This document shows positions 9,847 through 19,473 of a stretch of 64,000 nucleotides of DNA, in pieces (position 1 is the stretch's first letter; each line of letters opens with the position of its first letter). The stretch comes from an uncultured Candidatus Saccharibacteria bacterium (lineage in GTDB: Bacteria > Patescibacteriota > Minisyncoccia > Portnoybacterales > UBA2143). Below the pieces are notes generated by a model. That model had not been told where the DNA came from. It saw only the letters and a list, made by a program, of their open reading frames with translations, and searched no databases. A program made the position numbers and the translations under genes. The stretch is from NCBI GenBank assembly GCA_964403725.1, contig CAYOHI010000003.1, positions 14,374 to 78,373 of the forward strand, in the 5' to 3' direction.

Positions 9847-11056
9847 AGGTTTTAATGAGTTTATTGTAATGCTTTTCTGGATTGTATTTCTCTAGAGATT
9901 CTTCTCTGGCTGTTTCTTTCATTTTCTTAATCTCTTTTGGATTATCAATAGCCCAATTTAATTTTTCAGCTAAATCATCTGAATCATTTAGCTTGAATAG
10001 CAGTCCTGTTTCTTTGTCTTTTATCATTTCTGTCATGCCGCCTATCTTAGAGGCTAGGACCGGTGTTTTTAAAGTTAGGCTTTCTAGGATTGAATATGGC
10101 AAATTTTCCGGCCAGACTGAAGGCATAACTGAAATATATGCATTATATATTAATTCTCTTAATTCTTTTCCTTTTTTCTTGCCTAAGAATTTAATTTGAT
10201 CACAATTTCTAGTTAATTCCTTTAATCTTTTCTCCTCTGGTCCATCTCCTACTATTTTCAAATCCATTTTAATGTCATTCTTTAAGTAAGTATTGATTAA
10301 TAGGTCTATTCCTTTCTCACTGCTTAGACGGCCGAAGTGCAGCATATATTTCAAATTGCTTTTTTCTAATTCTTTAGTATCTGAGAATTCCTCATTGACG
10401 AAATTTGGCAGATGGACAACCTTGTTTGCCGGAATTCCTGACTGGACAGCTTTTCTTTTGATGAAAAGGCTCGGGGCGATAAAGATGTCTATCTTATCAG
10501 CTGTTTTCAAGAAGTTCTTTTGCCAGACTCCTTCTAGATATCCTATTAGGCTTTTGGATTTTGAATTATCGATGCATTTCCTTTTCAAGCAAGATCTGAA
10601 ATTATTGTTTTTCAAGCATTTAAAGCAAATCTCGTTTTCAGAAAAGAATTTGTAATTAGGACACATTATCTTGTAATCATGCAATGTCATGACTACAGGA
10701 ATATTGTGCTTTTTCAGAGTAGAGATTATGGAAGGTGAAAAATGGCTGAAAATATTGTGCAGATGAGCGATATCAGGATTTTCCTTTTTGATCAGCTTTT
10801 CTAATTTTTTCTTAGCTTCCCTATTCCAGAATATTCTAATGACTTTCTTTAAATCTTTTTTAAATCCTTCTTTTCTTGAAAAATCACTGTACTCTGCAAA
10901 CAAATCTTCATTATTATATGGAAAATTCTTCATATTCTCAGTACTCCAAGCAATGACTTGGTGTTTCTTTTGGGATAAGAGTTCAGATAAATCGAAAAAA
11001 TACCTCTCGGATCCTCCTTTTAGAAAGAAAAATTTATTAATCTGGAGAATTTTCAT
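9824..11056 (-). CDS. glycosyltransferase family 4 (GT-B)
   Basis: ENLPYSILESLTLKTPVLASKIGGMTEMI matches the GT4 EX7E region. N-terminal Rossmann-like half is present. Confidence 0.75.
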   Translation of the reverse strand: MKILQINKFFFLKGGSERYFFDLSELLSQKKHQVIAWSTENMKNFPYNNEDLFAEYSDFSRKEGFKKDLKKVIRIFWNREAKKKLEKLIKKENPDIAHLHNIFSHFSPSIISTLKKHNIPVVMTLHDYKIMCPNYKFFSENEICFKCLKNNNFRSCLKRKCIDNSKSKSLIGYLEGVWQKNFLKTADKIDIFIAPSLFIKRKAVQSGIPANKVVHLPNFVNEEFSDTKELEKSNLKYMLHFGRLSSEKGIDLLINTYLKNDIKMDLKIVGDGPEEKRLKELTRNCDQIKFLGKKKGKELRELIYNAYISVMPSVWPENLPYSILESLTLKTPVLASKIGGMTEMIKDKETGLLFKLNDSDDLAEKLNWAIDNPKEIKKMKETAREESLEKYNPEKHYNKLIKTYERIKNN

Positions 11057-11058
11057 CT

Positions 11059-12138
11059 TTAGAAAAATGGATAAAAGAAACTATATTTCTTCTTTCTGAT
11101 GTTCTTCTTAATCCTGTTCTTAAACTTCTTGCCTTTGGTATAGAGACAGAACTTTTCCTTCAGTATCCATCTGATTACTTTTACAGCATGCTTTTTCATT
11201 GACTGGCGGGCCGTACAGATCATCCAGCTTGATGGATTCTTGGCATTTTGAATGATATCTCTAGTTCTCTCTGAGAAATCATTCCAGTTTCTGACGCTGT
11301 CTAAGTTACCGATTCCTAGGCTCCAGATATCTGAAGGATAAATCTTGCCCAATGGATCAATGAATATGGAACTTAGTCCAGAATAGTCCGGCAAGACTCT
11401 CTTGCCGGTTTGGATGAACTTGATCATACCCCAGGTAAAGTATGCTCTGAGCCATCTTTTTGGAGAATAGGTGCTTAATTCCTGTTCCATCAGCCACTTT
11501 AATTCATTGGTCATTTTCCTAATATTAGTGATAATATTGCTTTCTTTTTGGAAATAGTGGGATGAATTATGGTATACTGCTAGTGTGAACTCAACTCCTA
11601 ATTCTCTGCTTAAACGATAGATTCTTTTCAACTGATTAAAGTTCTTATCACCCATAGTAAAGGCAATCTTAATATCTTTGATTCCCAATTCTTTTAGTAA
11701 TTTGATAGTTTCTACAGCTAGACAGAAGCCACCTGGGAATCCTCTTAGTCTTTCATGAACTTTGCCAAAACCATCCAAGGAAATAGCTACGCCAATATTT
11801 TTTCTAAATTTGGCAACTCTGGTCATGGTTTGCTTGATTTTACTTGGTAAGAATCCATTGGTTGAGATGATAATTTTAGCCTTAGGACACTGACGGCTAA
11901 TGACTTTAATGATATCAACCAGATCATCTCTCATAAATGGCTCTCCGCCGCTTATGTTGACGTTTTTTAAATTATGTGGTAATTTTTTATAAGTCGTGGG
12001 TGAAATTGAGTTTTCTTCCTTGTTCTGCCAGATATTGCAGAATTGACAACGGCTGTTACATCTGTATGTCACAGCCAAAACGACATCTTCAATGAGATTT
12101 TTGGCTTTGTTATTAGTTTTAGATAAAAAGTTAAACAT
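11059..12138 (-). CDS. radical SAM domain protein
   Basis: CNSRCQFC (CxxxCxxC) lies near the N-terminus, with a GGEP glycine-rich motif. The start was moved from a TTG at 12162 to the ATG at 12138 (MFNFLS...). Confidence 0.7.
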   Translation of the reverse strand: MFNFLSKTNNKAKNLIEDVVLAVTYRCNSRCQFCNIWQNKEENSISPTTYKKLPHNLKNVNISGGEPFMRDDLVDIIKVISRQCPKAKIIISTNGFLPSKIKQTMTRVAKFRKNIGVAISLDGFGKVHERLRGFPGGFCLAVETIKLLKELGIKDIKIAFTMGDKNFNQLKRIYRLSRELGVEFTLAVYHNSSHYFQKESNIITNIRKMTNELKWLMEQELSTYSPKRWLRAYFTWGMIKFIQTGKRVLPDYSGLSSIFIDPLGKIYPSDIWSLGIGNLDSVRNWNDFSERTRDIIQNAKNPSSWMICTARQSMKKHAVKVIRWILKEKFCLYTKGKKFKNRIKKNIRKKKYSFFYPFF

Positions 12139-12167
12139 ATATTTATATCGATACTTTACCAAATATT

Positions 12168-13370
12168 ATGAAAAAAGTCAATACAAAAAGCGCTTTAAAT
12201 TTCTTGTTAATTCTAGTCCTGATTAGGCCTTCTTTGGATATTTTAAATAGATATGAGATTATTCCTTTTTTCAATTTTAGTACTTTGATTGGCGGATTAG
12301 TTTTCCTTATTGCTGCTTTCCTTTTGTTAAGAAATATTAAGAAAACTTATACTATTCCCCTATTCTATCCTATTCTAATATTCTTAATATTAGGATTTGT
12401 CAGTATTTTTTATTCAGTTAGCTATTCAGACAGCGTCAGGGAACTTATTAGGTTAACTAGTATTTTTGTATTGTATTTCTTGGCTTATAGGCTGGTTGAA
12501 AGCAAAGAAGATTTCTATCTATTATTAAAAGCTATTCTTTTCAGCTATATCATTCCTGCTTTAGTGGCTCTTATTCAATTGATTGGGGGCTGGGGCCTGC
12601 CTGATGACTTTGGCGGTTTTTTAAGGATTTATGGAACATTTGCCCATCCTAATCTTTTCGCCTTCTATACGTTCTTTGTCTTGGCCCTGACTCTTTCCTT
12701 ATTACTAGCCAAAAAGGAAGAAGTCAGATCATGGATTAGTAAGAATCCATATTTCTTGCCTGTTATTGGCATTACTTTGCTATTAGTCTTTACCTATACT
12801 AGAAGTGCTTTAGCATGCTTCTTTATCTTTATCCTCTTCTTTGGAATCTTTAAATACAGAAAACTGTTAATTTTTGGTTCTGTTTTCTTGATTCTATTGT
12901 ATTTTTCTTCTGAAATCTTTAGAGAAAGATTATTGGAATTATTCAGCCTGGATCCATATGGCTCAATTGTCTGGCGTTTTAGGCTTTGGAAAGACATGTT
13001 GCCAATGTTTTTATGGCAACCCTTATTCGGTCATGGACTAGGGACTTTCACTTATCTGGTTGAGTTTTACAGAGGATTCCAGTTTGGAAGCTTGGATCCG
13101 CATAATGACTATTTGAAAATATTGGTTGAAAACGGGATTGCCGGATTAATTTCATTCTTATCCATAGTTACTGGATTGTTGTTTTATCTCTGGAAAATAT
13201 TCAAAAAATCTTTAAACAAGGAAAAAATCCTTGGCTTGGGATTCTTAGTTATTGTCTTGAGCCTACTGATCGCTGGCAGCTTTGATAATATCTTAAGGAC
13301 CACTGCTCTGCAATGGAATCTATGGATTCTCTTAGGAGGTTGGCTGAAGATTAATAAATTTGGGAATTAA
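12168..13370 (+). CDS. O-antigen ligase / Wzy-like polymerase family membrane protein
   Basis: About 10 TM helices with a loop carrying YTRSALA. A large periplasmic loop with conserved H/R residues follows, as in Wzy_C proteins. Confidence 0.6.
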   Translation: MKKVNTKSALNFLLILVLIRPSLDILNRYEIIPFFNFSTLIGGLVFLIAAFLLLRNIKKTYTIPLFYPILIFLILGFVSIFYSVSYSDSVRELIRLTSIFVLYFLAYRLVESKEDFYLLLKAILFSYIIPALVALIQLIGGWGLPDDFGGFLRIYGTFAHPNLFAFYTFFVLALTLSLLLAKKEEVRSWISKNPYFLPVIGITLLLVFTYTRSALACFFIFILFFGIFKYRKLLIFGSVFLILLYFSSEIFRERLLELFSLDPYGSIVWRFRLWKDMLPMFLWQPLFGHGLGTFTYLVEFYRGFQFGSLDPHNDYLKILVENGIAGLISFLSIVTGLLFYLWKIFKKSLNKEKILGLGFLVIVLSLLIAGSFDNILRTTALQWNLWILLGGWLKINKFGN

Positions 13371-13371
13371 A

Positions 13372-13446
13372 AAAGCCCGAACTGGTTGTGTAACATGTTG
13401 CATTGTTTGCGTGTTTACAGTTACTTGCCCAGAACGGGCTCTTTTT
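13372..13446. terminator. bidirectional terminator region with nested hairpins
   Basis: The outer stem AGCCCGAACTGG / CCAGAACGGGCT encloses an inner GTAAC...GTTAC stem. It is flanked by an A-run on one side and a T-run on the other, between convergent genes. Confidence 0.45.
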
Positions 13447-13475
13447 ATATTTTAAATCCTCCTACCTCCTTTTTT

Positions 13476-14297
13476 TTATTTCTGCATATCGTAGCTTTTG
13501 GGGACCGTTCTCATCTCTCCCGTTTCGGTGTTTAACAGCCCTTCATAGGCCGGGTATCCCTCGACGTCCGGCGAGATCGGTTCGCTTTTCCGCATGTGCT
13601 TGTCCGCTTGGTTGATCCAACCAGGCTCGTCGAGAAGATTGTTGTACGTCCAGCCCCTGAACCAAATCCAGGGATTTTTCTTCTCGGGAAGTCTTACGAT
13701 GACTTCCAGTGATCCATCGGCGGTTTGCTGGCGGGTTACTCCGTTGGAGTAATTATCTCCCGTCGGAATAATGGGAATCCAGCTCTTACTATCAGTCCAG
13801 TGGATCCCGAAGAAAGACGTGAAGTTGTCCGGGTTTCCCCTGGAGATGTAATAGGGCATTTTGAACACCCCTTCTCCCCTTTGGACTTTCACGAGCTCAA
13901 ACGGCCCGGAGAAGCCTCCTGCTTCCGGCAGAACGATCCTCCCTTCATCGGGAGGAGGTTCCGATTCGAGGGCCATTGCTTCTGCTTCGGCATCGTGTTG
14001 TTCCACGCCCGCGGCGGCAAAAGAAGCATGTGCCGATGATAATGCCACACTAAACGCTTCTGAAGGAATCGCTCCTGCTGCCGCTGCTGCTTGAGCAGAT
14101 GAAAAAGCCGCTTCCATGGCTGCTTCTTTTTGAGCTTCTGTGGGATCCACAAAACTTTCCAAAGCACTCAAGTAACCGCTATTGGCAGCCGTCTGAATTT
14201 GCTCCGGACCCATTTCATCTTTTGTTTCCAACATCGCACACCCGCTCAGGAAAAATAGAGCGAGAACCCCTGCCAGTGAAAATCTTAACCATTTCAT
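13476..14297 (-). CDS. lipoprotein, Ala-rich (G+C-rich island gene 4)
   Basis: Signal peptide with lipobox MKWLRFSLAGVLALFFLSGC. SD GGAGGT is about 9 nt upstream of the ATG at 14295-14297. G+C is much higher than in flanking genes. Confidence 0.6.
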   Translation of the reverse strand: MKWLRFSLAGVLALFFLSGCAMLETKDEMGPEQIQTAANSGYLSALESFVDPTEAQKEAAMEAAFSSAQAAAAAGAIPSEAFSVALSSAHASFAAAGVEQHDAEAEAMALESEPPPDEGRIVLPEAGGFSGPFELVKVQRGEGVFKMPYYISRGNPDNFTSFFGIHWTDSKSWIPIIPTGDNYSNGVTRQQTADGSLEVIVRLPEKKNPWIWFRGWTYNNLLDEPGWINQADKHMRKSEPISPDVEGYPAYEGLLNTETGEMRTVPKSYDMQK

Positions 14298-14513
14298 CTT
14301 TCTATACCTCCACTTGTTGTAGTTACTAGTTAAAAGATATATATTTCTCAACAGAAACTATGTTTCCGGTAGAATCTCATATGACTTTGCCTATTATCCC
14401 AAACTTTTCATAAGCCATTTTGGCCTTTCCCGACATCTTGTCAAAGAACAGTTGGTGCCCATCTTGGGACTAATAATACACATTTTGTGTAAAATTATCA
14501 ACTGAAGAAAGCA

Positions 14514-15944
14514 TTAAGGACAATCTATGCAAAAGTCTTTCTTTGTTGGCGCAGTGATTTGCGAGGACCTATATGCCTTTATCAGTCCGCTGACCGATAA
14601 ATATCCAGAGATCCAGTGCCATTGGTCTCCATCTCCGCCCAAATTCTCTTTGTAATTCAGAGGAGAGACGGATAAGATATCCTCACCGTGCCAAGCCATG
14701 GTCAAACGAGGTCCGAATTGGATAAAATCCGGAGACTCTAAACCGTTTTCGTTGATATATGCCAAATTGACGCCAGGCGTCAACAGTAGGTTATCAGAGA
14801 TCTCAAAGTCATAGATATGCTGAGTTAAAGTAATCTCTAAGACCTGGTTGTTGTGCGGGTCAGGATCCAGAGGATTGCCATCCCAACTATGTTCATGTTT
14901 CTGATTGCTGGGTAAGGTAAACTCAACATTGAGTTCGGTCTTGGAAAACCCCTTTTCGCCTTGGACACGGCGATCATAGAGATTCACATGTGCCGAGGCT
15001 ACGAGAAGATCATCAGTCTGCTTGCTTCTGTACAGATTGATCTTCCCTTTGCTGACTTGTCTTCCCCAGCCTAAGTCAATGTCCATGTCCCAGTTGTCCT
15101 TGTGGCCGATTAACTTGAGCGACGGCCCGACAACGCCTTTCCACCAGTCATACAGATAATCTTCATCGTCTCCACCGCCGGTGGCGCCGAATCCGAATAC
15201 ACCCAGACAGGCAGAAATACGGTCAGTCACGTTGAATCCGAAAGGCCGAGCACGACCCTTGATCCAAGCGTACCAACCGTCATGGTAGTAATCCTTGTTG
15301 TTCGAGTTCATCCAGCGGTCGGTCTCGTAGATTCCGCCGCCAGTATAAAGGTCCAGACCACAGCTCTTCTTTTTCTTGAGCGCAGCTCCAGTCTCTTTGT
15401 ACCTCGGTACCGGTGGTAATACCGCCGCCTTAACCTTTGCTGGCTTCGGGAACGGGTTTTTCTTGTAGCGAAATCTCGGTACCGGCGGATATTCGGCAGC
15501 CGGTTTTGACTTCTTCCTGATTGCCCAGTTACCGCAGACAAGCGGGTACCAGAGTTCATACTCGTCATCGATGTCATAAACTCTGGCCATGACAGTCTTG
15601 TCAAAACCGACAACAATCGGCTCGTCTTGCCAAATCTTGTAGTTGCCGAAAATCATCTTTTCAAAGGTATCCCCGGTTTCAATCTGTCCCCACCGGGAAT
15701 TTCTGATTCGATGATTAGCGATGATTTCTTTTGCCTTCGTTTTGTCGAGACCAAGACGAATTAACGCCTTATAGTCTCGTCTCAGCTGTTGAGGTGAATA
15801 GAACTCCGGAGATTTCCGGAAGGAATTTCTTCCAGGCTCTTGCCAAATGCGTGCCTCTGCCGCGGAAGCGACAGAGAGCAACAGGATAATTAGCATACCT
15901 ACTGCTCGTTTCATCTGTCGCCTCCTTTGTTTTGCGATTTTCAT
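14514..15944 (-). CDS. large secreted protein of unknown function (island gene 3)
   Basis: N-terminal signal peptide (MKRAVGMLIILLLSVASAAEA). The C-terminal half is rich in G/D/N/W/Y, with alternating patterns reminiscent of beta-rich surface proteins. An alternative start at M11 (15914) is possible. Confidence 0.5.
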   Translation of the reverse strand: MKIAKQRRRQMKRAVGMLIILLLSVASAAEARIWQEPGRNSFRKSPEFYSPQQLRRDYKALIRLGLDKTKAKEIIANHRIRNSRWGQIETGDTFEKMIFGNYKIWQDEPIVVGFDKTVMARVYDIDDEYELWYPLVCGNWAIRKKSKPAAEYPPVPRFRYKKNPFPKPAKVKAAVLPPVPRYKETGAALKKKKSCGLDLYTGGGIYETDRWMNSNNKDYYHDGWYAWIKGRARPFGFNVTDRISACLGVFGFGATGGGDDEDYLYDWWKGVVGPSLKLIGHKDNWDMDIDLGWGRQVSKGKINLYRSKQTDDLLVASAHVNLYDRRVQGEKGFSKTELNVEFTLPSNQKHEHSWDGNPLDPDPHNNQVLEITLTQHIYDFEISDNLLLTPGVNLAYINENGLESPDFIQFGPRLTMAWHGEDILSVSPLNYKENLGGDGDQWHWISGYLSVSGLIKAYRSSQITAPTKKDFCIDCP

Positions 15945-16814
15945 CTATATCCTTACAAGCCTTCCGGCTTCAAGTTCCGTCCTAAAGACGGCTTCATCTT
16001 TTTTCAGAACGCCACCACTAGCTTTGGCTGCATCCTTGGCCTTTTCGTACAACACCCCCTTATACAAGGAAATAAACATACTGTCATCATCATTCCTTTG
16101 AGGAGTATAACGATAGGATTGGCCTTTGATCTTGAGCGGAAATGATTCTTGTACAGGTGATTGGACGTTCGGTTGAACTGTCGGCGGCGCTTGAACTTGA
16201 ATCTGATTATGATTATTCCCTCTCAGTGACCTGAGAAGAATAATGATTACGATAACCATTATCAAGGCAAATACAGCGCCTCCGATCATGAAGTACTTCA
16301 TGATTCTGTTTTCGGTCTGGTTGATTCTGGTCAGAAGATTATCACTACCCTTTTGGACCTGCCGCCTTAAACTAGCCTCGGTATCCTTTACTGCTGCCGC
16401 AACTTCTTGCTGGCCGTTTTGGATAGCGCGACCCGTGTCCTGAATAGTTCTGGTAGTTTGATATTGGCTGCTTTGGATAACACGACTCGTATCCTGAGCA
16501 GCTTGGCGTTGGCCAGAAATGATTTGTGCAGATTTCTCTGCTAAAACATCCCTAACCTCGGGTTGGATGTAATAGACGATTTCCTTGCCTTTCGGCAGGA
16601 TTCGCCAGTTTTTATTGATCCAAGGGTTCCACTCATGAATTTCCTTGGGTGAAGCCCCACAGAGTTTTCTAATCACGAGATAGATGTCACCAAGGGTCTC
16701 CCCTTTGGCGATAATATGGATTTTTCTCTCCCCTTCAGTTTGAGCGCTGACAAAGGGGCTAAGAGTTAACGTCAAAACACACGCTATTGCCAATATGATC
16801 GATGTTGCCTTCAT
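15945..16814 (-). CDS. LysM-domain membrane protein (island gene 2)
   Basis: Signal peptide MKATSIILAIACVLTL, then a LysM domain (HIIAKGETLGDIYLVIRKLCGASPKEIHEWNPWINKNWRILPKGKEIVYY). QDTxRxIQ repeats and one TM helix follow. The start was moved to the M preceded by GGAGGAGGA. Confidence 0.65.
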   Translation of the reverse strand: MKATSIILAIACVLTLTLSPFVSAQTEGERKIHIIAKGETLGDIYLVIRKLCGASPKEIHEWNPWINKNWRILPKGKEIVYYIQPEVRDVLAEKSAQIISGQRQAAQDTSRVIQSSQYQTTRTIQDTGRAIQNGQQEVAAAVKDTEASLRRQVQKGSDNLLTRINQTENRIMKYFMIGGAVFALIMVIVIIILLRSLRGNNHNQIQVQAPPTVQPNVQSPVQESFPLKIKGQSYRYTPQRNDDDSMFISLYKGVLYEKAKDAAKASGGVLKKDEAVFRTELEAGRLVRI

Positions 16815-16876
16815 TATTCCTCCTCCCCATCTTGGGATCTTCTCATCTTGAGGACTAATCATCCATCTTGGAGTAA

Positions 16877-17908
16877 TCAGTCTTTGAAAAGAAATAATTG
16901 GAATTTAAGCTCGTTGATGAGCTCTTGTTGTTTCAAAATTCGTTCATCGCGGTTTTTCAGAAGTTTCTTGTAGATCAGCACCATTTGCCTAAACAAAGGT
17001 GCTATTCGATAACGCAAAACCTCGGCCCGAGCAAAAGAGCCCGTCCAGCTGTCATCAACCCCGGCAACGATAGCATCGCTAGCCAGACTGACACCAGCTG
17101 AAGCCAAAAGCCCAATACCACTAAGCGGTAAGGCAATCAGCGGAACCTTGGCCCGTTTGAGGTAACGATCAACTCCGTTGAATCCGGGAATTTCAACCGC
17201 TGCCTTTTTAAACATCTCCAAAGGAAGAACGCCGCATCTGATTTCTCCATTGCCCATCTTGTAGTTATGAGGCATGATTCTGGACACCTTGTCCTTGTAA
17301 TCAAGCCAATCATCAGACGGAATGGAAATTTCCAGCATGCTGGACAAGTCAGTTGGCGGTTCAAGTCCCTTGTCTTTTAAATAATCGTGCCAGAATTGAT
17401 CGATTTGACTGATCATTTGGCCGTGATTATCAAAAAGAGACTTCCGATAGTCGTGGTTTTTGTCGAATTCTTTGGGATCATACTCAATCTGTTTCCCAAG
17501 AGGCGTGTAGGCAAACCCTGCATCTCTGTTGAAATACAGAATCTTGCCGCCTTGGATGTCCTTATAGGGACCCATGAAAACAAATTGAATCTGCCAGTCT
17601 CCCCAATAGGTAACGCTTGTCAAAAAAGCATCGCCGCTGAGGATCTCGCCGTAGGTGGTTTGGACCAAAAAAGACCATACTCCGCCGGCGTTTATGACCT
17701 CTACCCAAAGTCCAGGCTCCAATAACCCCTGGAAGGTTACAAATTTCTTAATTCCAGCTTTCTCAAGCTCGACCGGATGAAGGATTGATATCCCATCAGC
17801 CGGATCAAGGCGCGTATGTCCCGATATTTCTTTTGGAATATACTTATTGGGATTACTCGCGCATCCGATTAACAATAAGACGAATATCATTGCCAGTTTT
17901 TCTTTCAT
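16877..17908 (-). CDS. lipoprotein (island gene 1)
   Basis: Lipobox in MIFVLLLIGCAS. SD GAGGTG upstream. Higher G+C than flanking genes. Confidence 0.55.
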   Translation of the reverse strand: MKEKLAMIFVLLLIGCASNPNKYIPKEISGHTRLDPADGISILHPVELEKAGIKKFVTFQGLLEPGLWVEVINAGGVWSFLVQTTYGEILSGDAFLTSVTYWGDWQIQFVFMGPYKDIQGGKILYFNRDAGFAYTPLGKQIEYDPKEFDKNHDYRKSLFDNHGQMISQIDQFWHDYLKDKGLEPPTDLSSMLEISIPSDDWLDYKDKVSRIMPHNYKMGNGEIRCGVLPLEMFKKAAVEIPGFNGVDRYLKRAKVPLIALPLSGIGLLASAGVSLASDAIVAGVDDSWTGSFARAEVLRYRIAPLFRQMVLIYKKLLKNRDERILKQQELINELKFQLFLFKD

Positions 17909-18003
17909 TACTCACCTCTCTGTGTTTTTGTTTATCTTAGATTTCTAAGCCATTTCGGCTGTTTAGTTATTTAATTGACAAAGATCCTCTTAAAGCCTCC
18001 CTT

Positions 18004-18708
18004 TTACATAGAAACTTCGTTTCTATCCAAAGAGGAAGCTCCCTCATTATACCTGTAATCTTCCTTCATAGGAAGACTTTCAGGACTCTTGTCCTGAATC
18101 TTATCTTTCTTTATAAAAATCCAAGCTAAACTAATCAAAAACCCGAACAAAGCACCTAATAGGGTGCCTAGCCAGATATTAATAGTAACTGGATTTTGTG
18201 TAACTAAAGGCTTATCAATTACCTTAACTTCCACATTTTGGCCGCCACCATGGTAAAAGCCATGGTTTTTCTCTAAAGTCTTGGTAATAGCCCAGCTGAT
18301 TTGCTCAGCTTTTTCCTTTTCTGAATGCAAAACATCAATTTCCATGATTCCTAAATCACGGACAATAGATACTTTAACATCCTTTTTCCATTGTTTTCGT
18401 CTTTCTTTGGATTGGTTTGGAAAATCGCCTTCTTCAATCTTGTATCCTGATTTCAAGACACTTTCAAAGAAGATGTCTGAATAAACACCTTCTTGTAGGA
18501 TTTTTGTCAGATACTGGGCTGATTTTGAAACAGTATATATATCTTGACCGGAAGTCTGGTTCTGAACGACCAGTATTTTTGAGCTAGCCTTGTATTTCGG
18601 CTCTTGAATTACAGTCAGGTCGAAAAATAAAACTGCCCCCAAGACAGTTATCCAGAAAATTAACCATTTTTTCTGGTAAATTAATTTAATTGTTTGCTTT
18701 AAATCCAT
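18004..18708 (-). CDS. Wzz/chain-length-determinant-like (PCP family) protein
   Basis: An N-terminal TM helix, a roughly 150-aa extracytoplasmic domain and a C-terminal TM helix (WLGTLLGALFGFLISLAWIFI), as in the CpsC/YveK/Wzz topology. Its position beside the glycosyltransferases supports a polysaccharide role. Confidence 0.55.
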   Translation of the reverse strand: MDLKQTIKLIYQKKWLIFWITVLGAVLFFDLTVIQEPKYKASSKILVVQNQTSGQDIYTVSKSAQYLTKILQEGVYSDIFFESVLKSGYKIEEGDFPNQSKERRKQWKKDVKVSIVRDLGIMEIDVLHSEKEKAEQISWAITKTLEKNHGFYHGGGQNVEVKVIDKPLVTQNPVTINIWLGTLLGALFGFLISLAWIFIKKDKIQDKSPESLPMKEDYRYNEGASSLDRNEVSM

Positions 18709-18884
18709 TTATATAATTAAAAAGCCTGTCATTACAGGCAGCCATATACTACCAGAAATATATACTTTTTGTCAAGGGTTTTTTAAAGATGAATATACTC
18801 TGGACAAAAAATATTAAGCGTGCTATCGTAATCCCATCTTAAAAGATAATAAAGCTTCCTTAAAAATATGACATGGAGGGCATT

Positions 18885-19403
18885 ATGAAAACCTTTAGGT
18901 TTTTCTTGTTGACAGTTGTTTTCTTACTCTGGGCTTGTGAAAAGCCTGAGTTTGATCAGTTTTTAACCAGGCTTCAGGATCAGGGTTTTTCGACCAAAGT
19001 TGTTGAGATGATTGTCGGAGAAACAATCCCTGATGAGAAGAAAATTTCTTTCAGTCTTGACGGCGTAGATACCGCCAATATCTTTAAGCTCACCGGATAT
19101 CAGAACTTCCCTGTTTTGAAACTCCCTCTCGATGACGGGAATCCTGATTCTAATCTGGTAATTTTTAAAGATCTATGCGGCCGGGAAATGTACCTGGTTA
19201 AAACTGACAACGGCCAACGCAACGGCAAAATTACACACACTGTCAAGGTCAAAACCCAGTTTGTCATGTACATTGAAGAAATCCACAAAAGACTGGCTTT
19301 CGGTACCGATGTGGTTGCCAGCTACCCATCGGATGCCTGGAAGAAGATTGAATTCGATGATTTTGTTTTCATCGTCTTCATGCACAAACGCGAGAAAGCC
19401 TAA
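18885..19403 (+). CDS. secreted hypothetical protein (possible lipoprotein)
   Basis: Signal-like N-terminus MKTFRFFLLTVVFLLWAC. SD GGAGGG lies 5 nt upstream of the ATG at 18885. The ORF track's first ATG (18873) is inside the SD. Confidence 0.5.
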   Translation: MKTFRFFLLTVVFLLWACEKPEFDQFLTRLQDQGFSTKVVEMIVGETIPDEKKISFSLDGVDTANIFKLTGYQNFPVLKLPLDDGNPDSNLVIFKDLCGREMYLVKTDNGQRNGKITHTVKVKTQFVMYIEEIHKRLAFGTDVVASYPSDAWKKIEFDDFVFIVFMHKREKA

Positions 19404-19425
19404 AATAAACAAGAGGGCATCAAAA

Positions 19426-19459
19426 CAAAAAGGACACGTCAAACGACGTGCCCTTTTTG
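19426..19459. terminator. bidirectional rho-independent terminator between convergent genes
   Basis: GGACACGTC-AAAC-GACGTGCCC hairpin with an A-run upstream and TTTTTG downstream. Confidence 0.6.
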
Positions 19460-19473
19460 AATTTTCAAGTATT

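Noticed and set aside
12139-12167. Divergent promoter region between the radical-SAM gene and the Wzy-like gene
   Set aside because: Only about 29 bp is available. It is too short to assign -35/-10 elements, and promoters probably lie inside the coding regions.
13403-14329. Several overlapping ORFs on both strands (13403-13615+, 13725-14039+, 13861-14094+, 13889-14167-, 14099-14329+)
   Set aside because: All overlap the G+C-rich lipoprotein gene (13476-14297, minus), which has a lipobox and SD. Open antisense frames are an expected artefact of GC-rich sequence.
18709-18872. Hairpin GCCTGT-CATTA-CAGGC in the divergent region upstream of the Wzz-like gene
   Set aside because: A short 6-bp stem with no U-tract. 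It is probably part of promoter or operator DNA. There is no basis to call it a riboswitch or sRNA.
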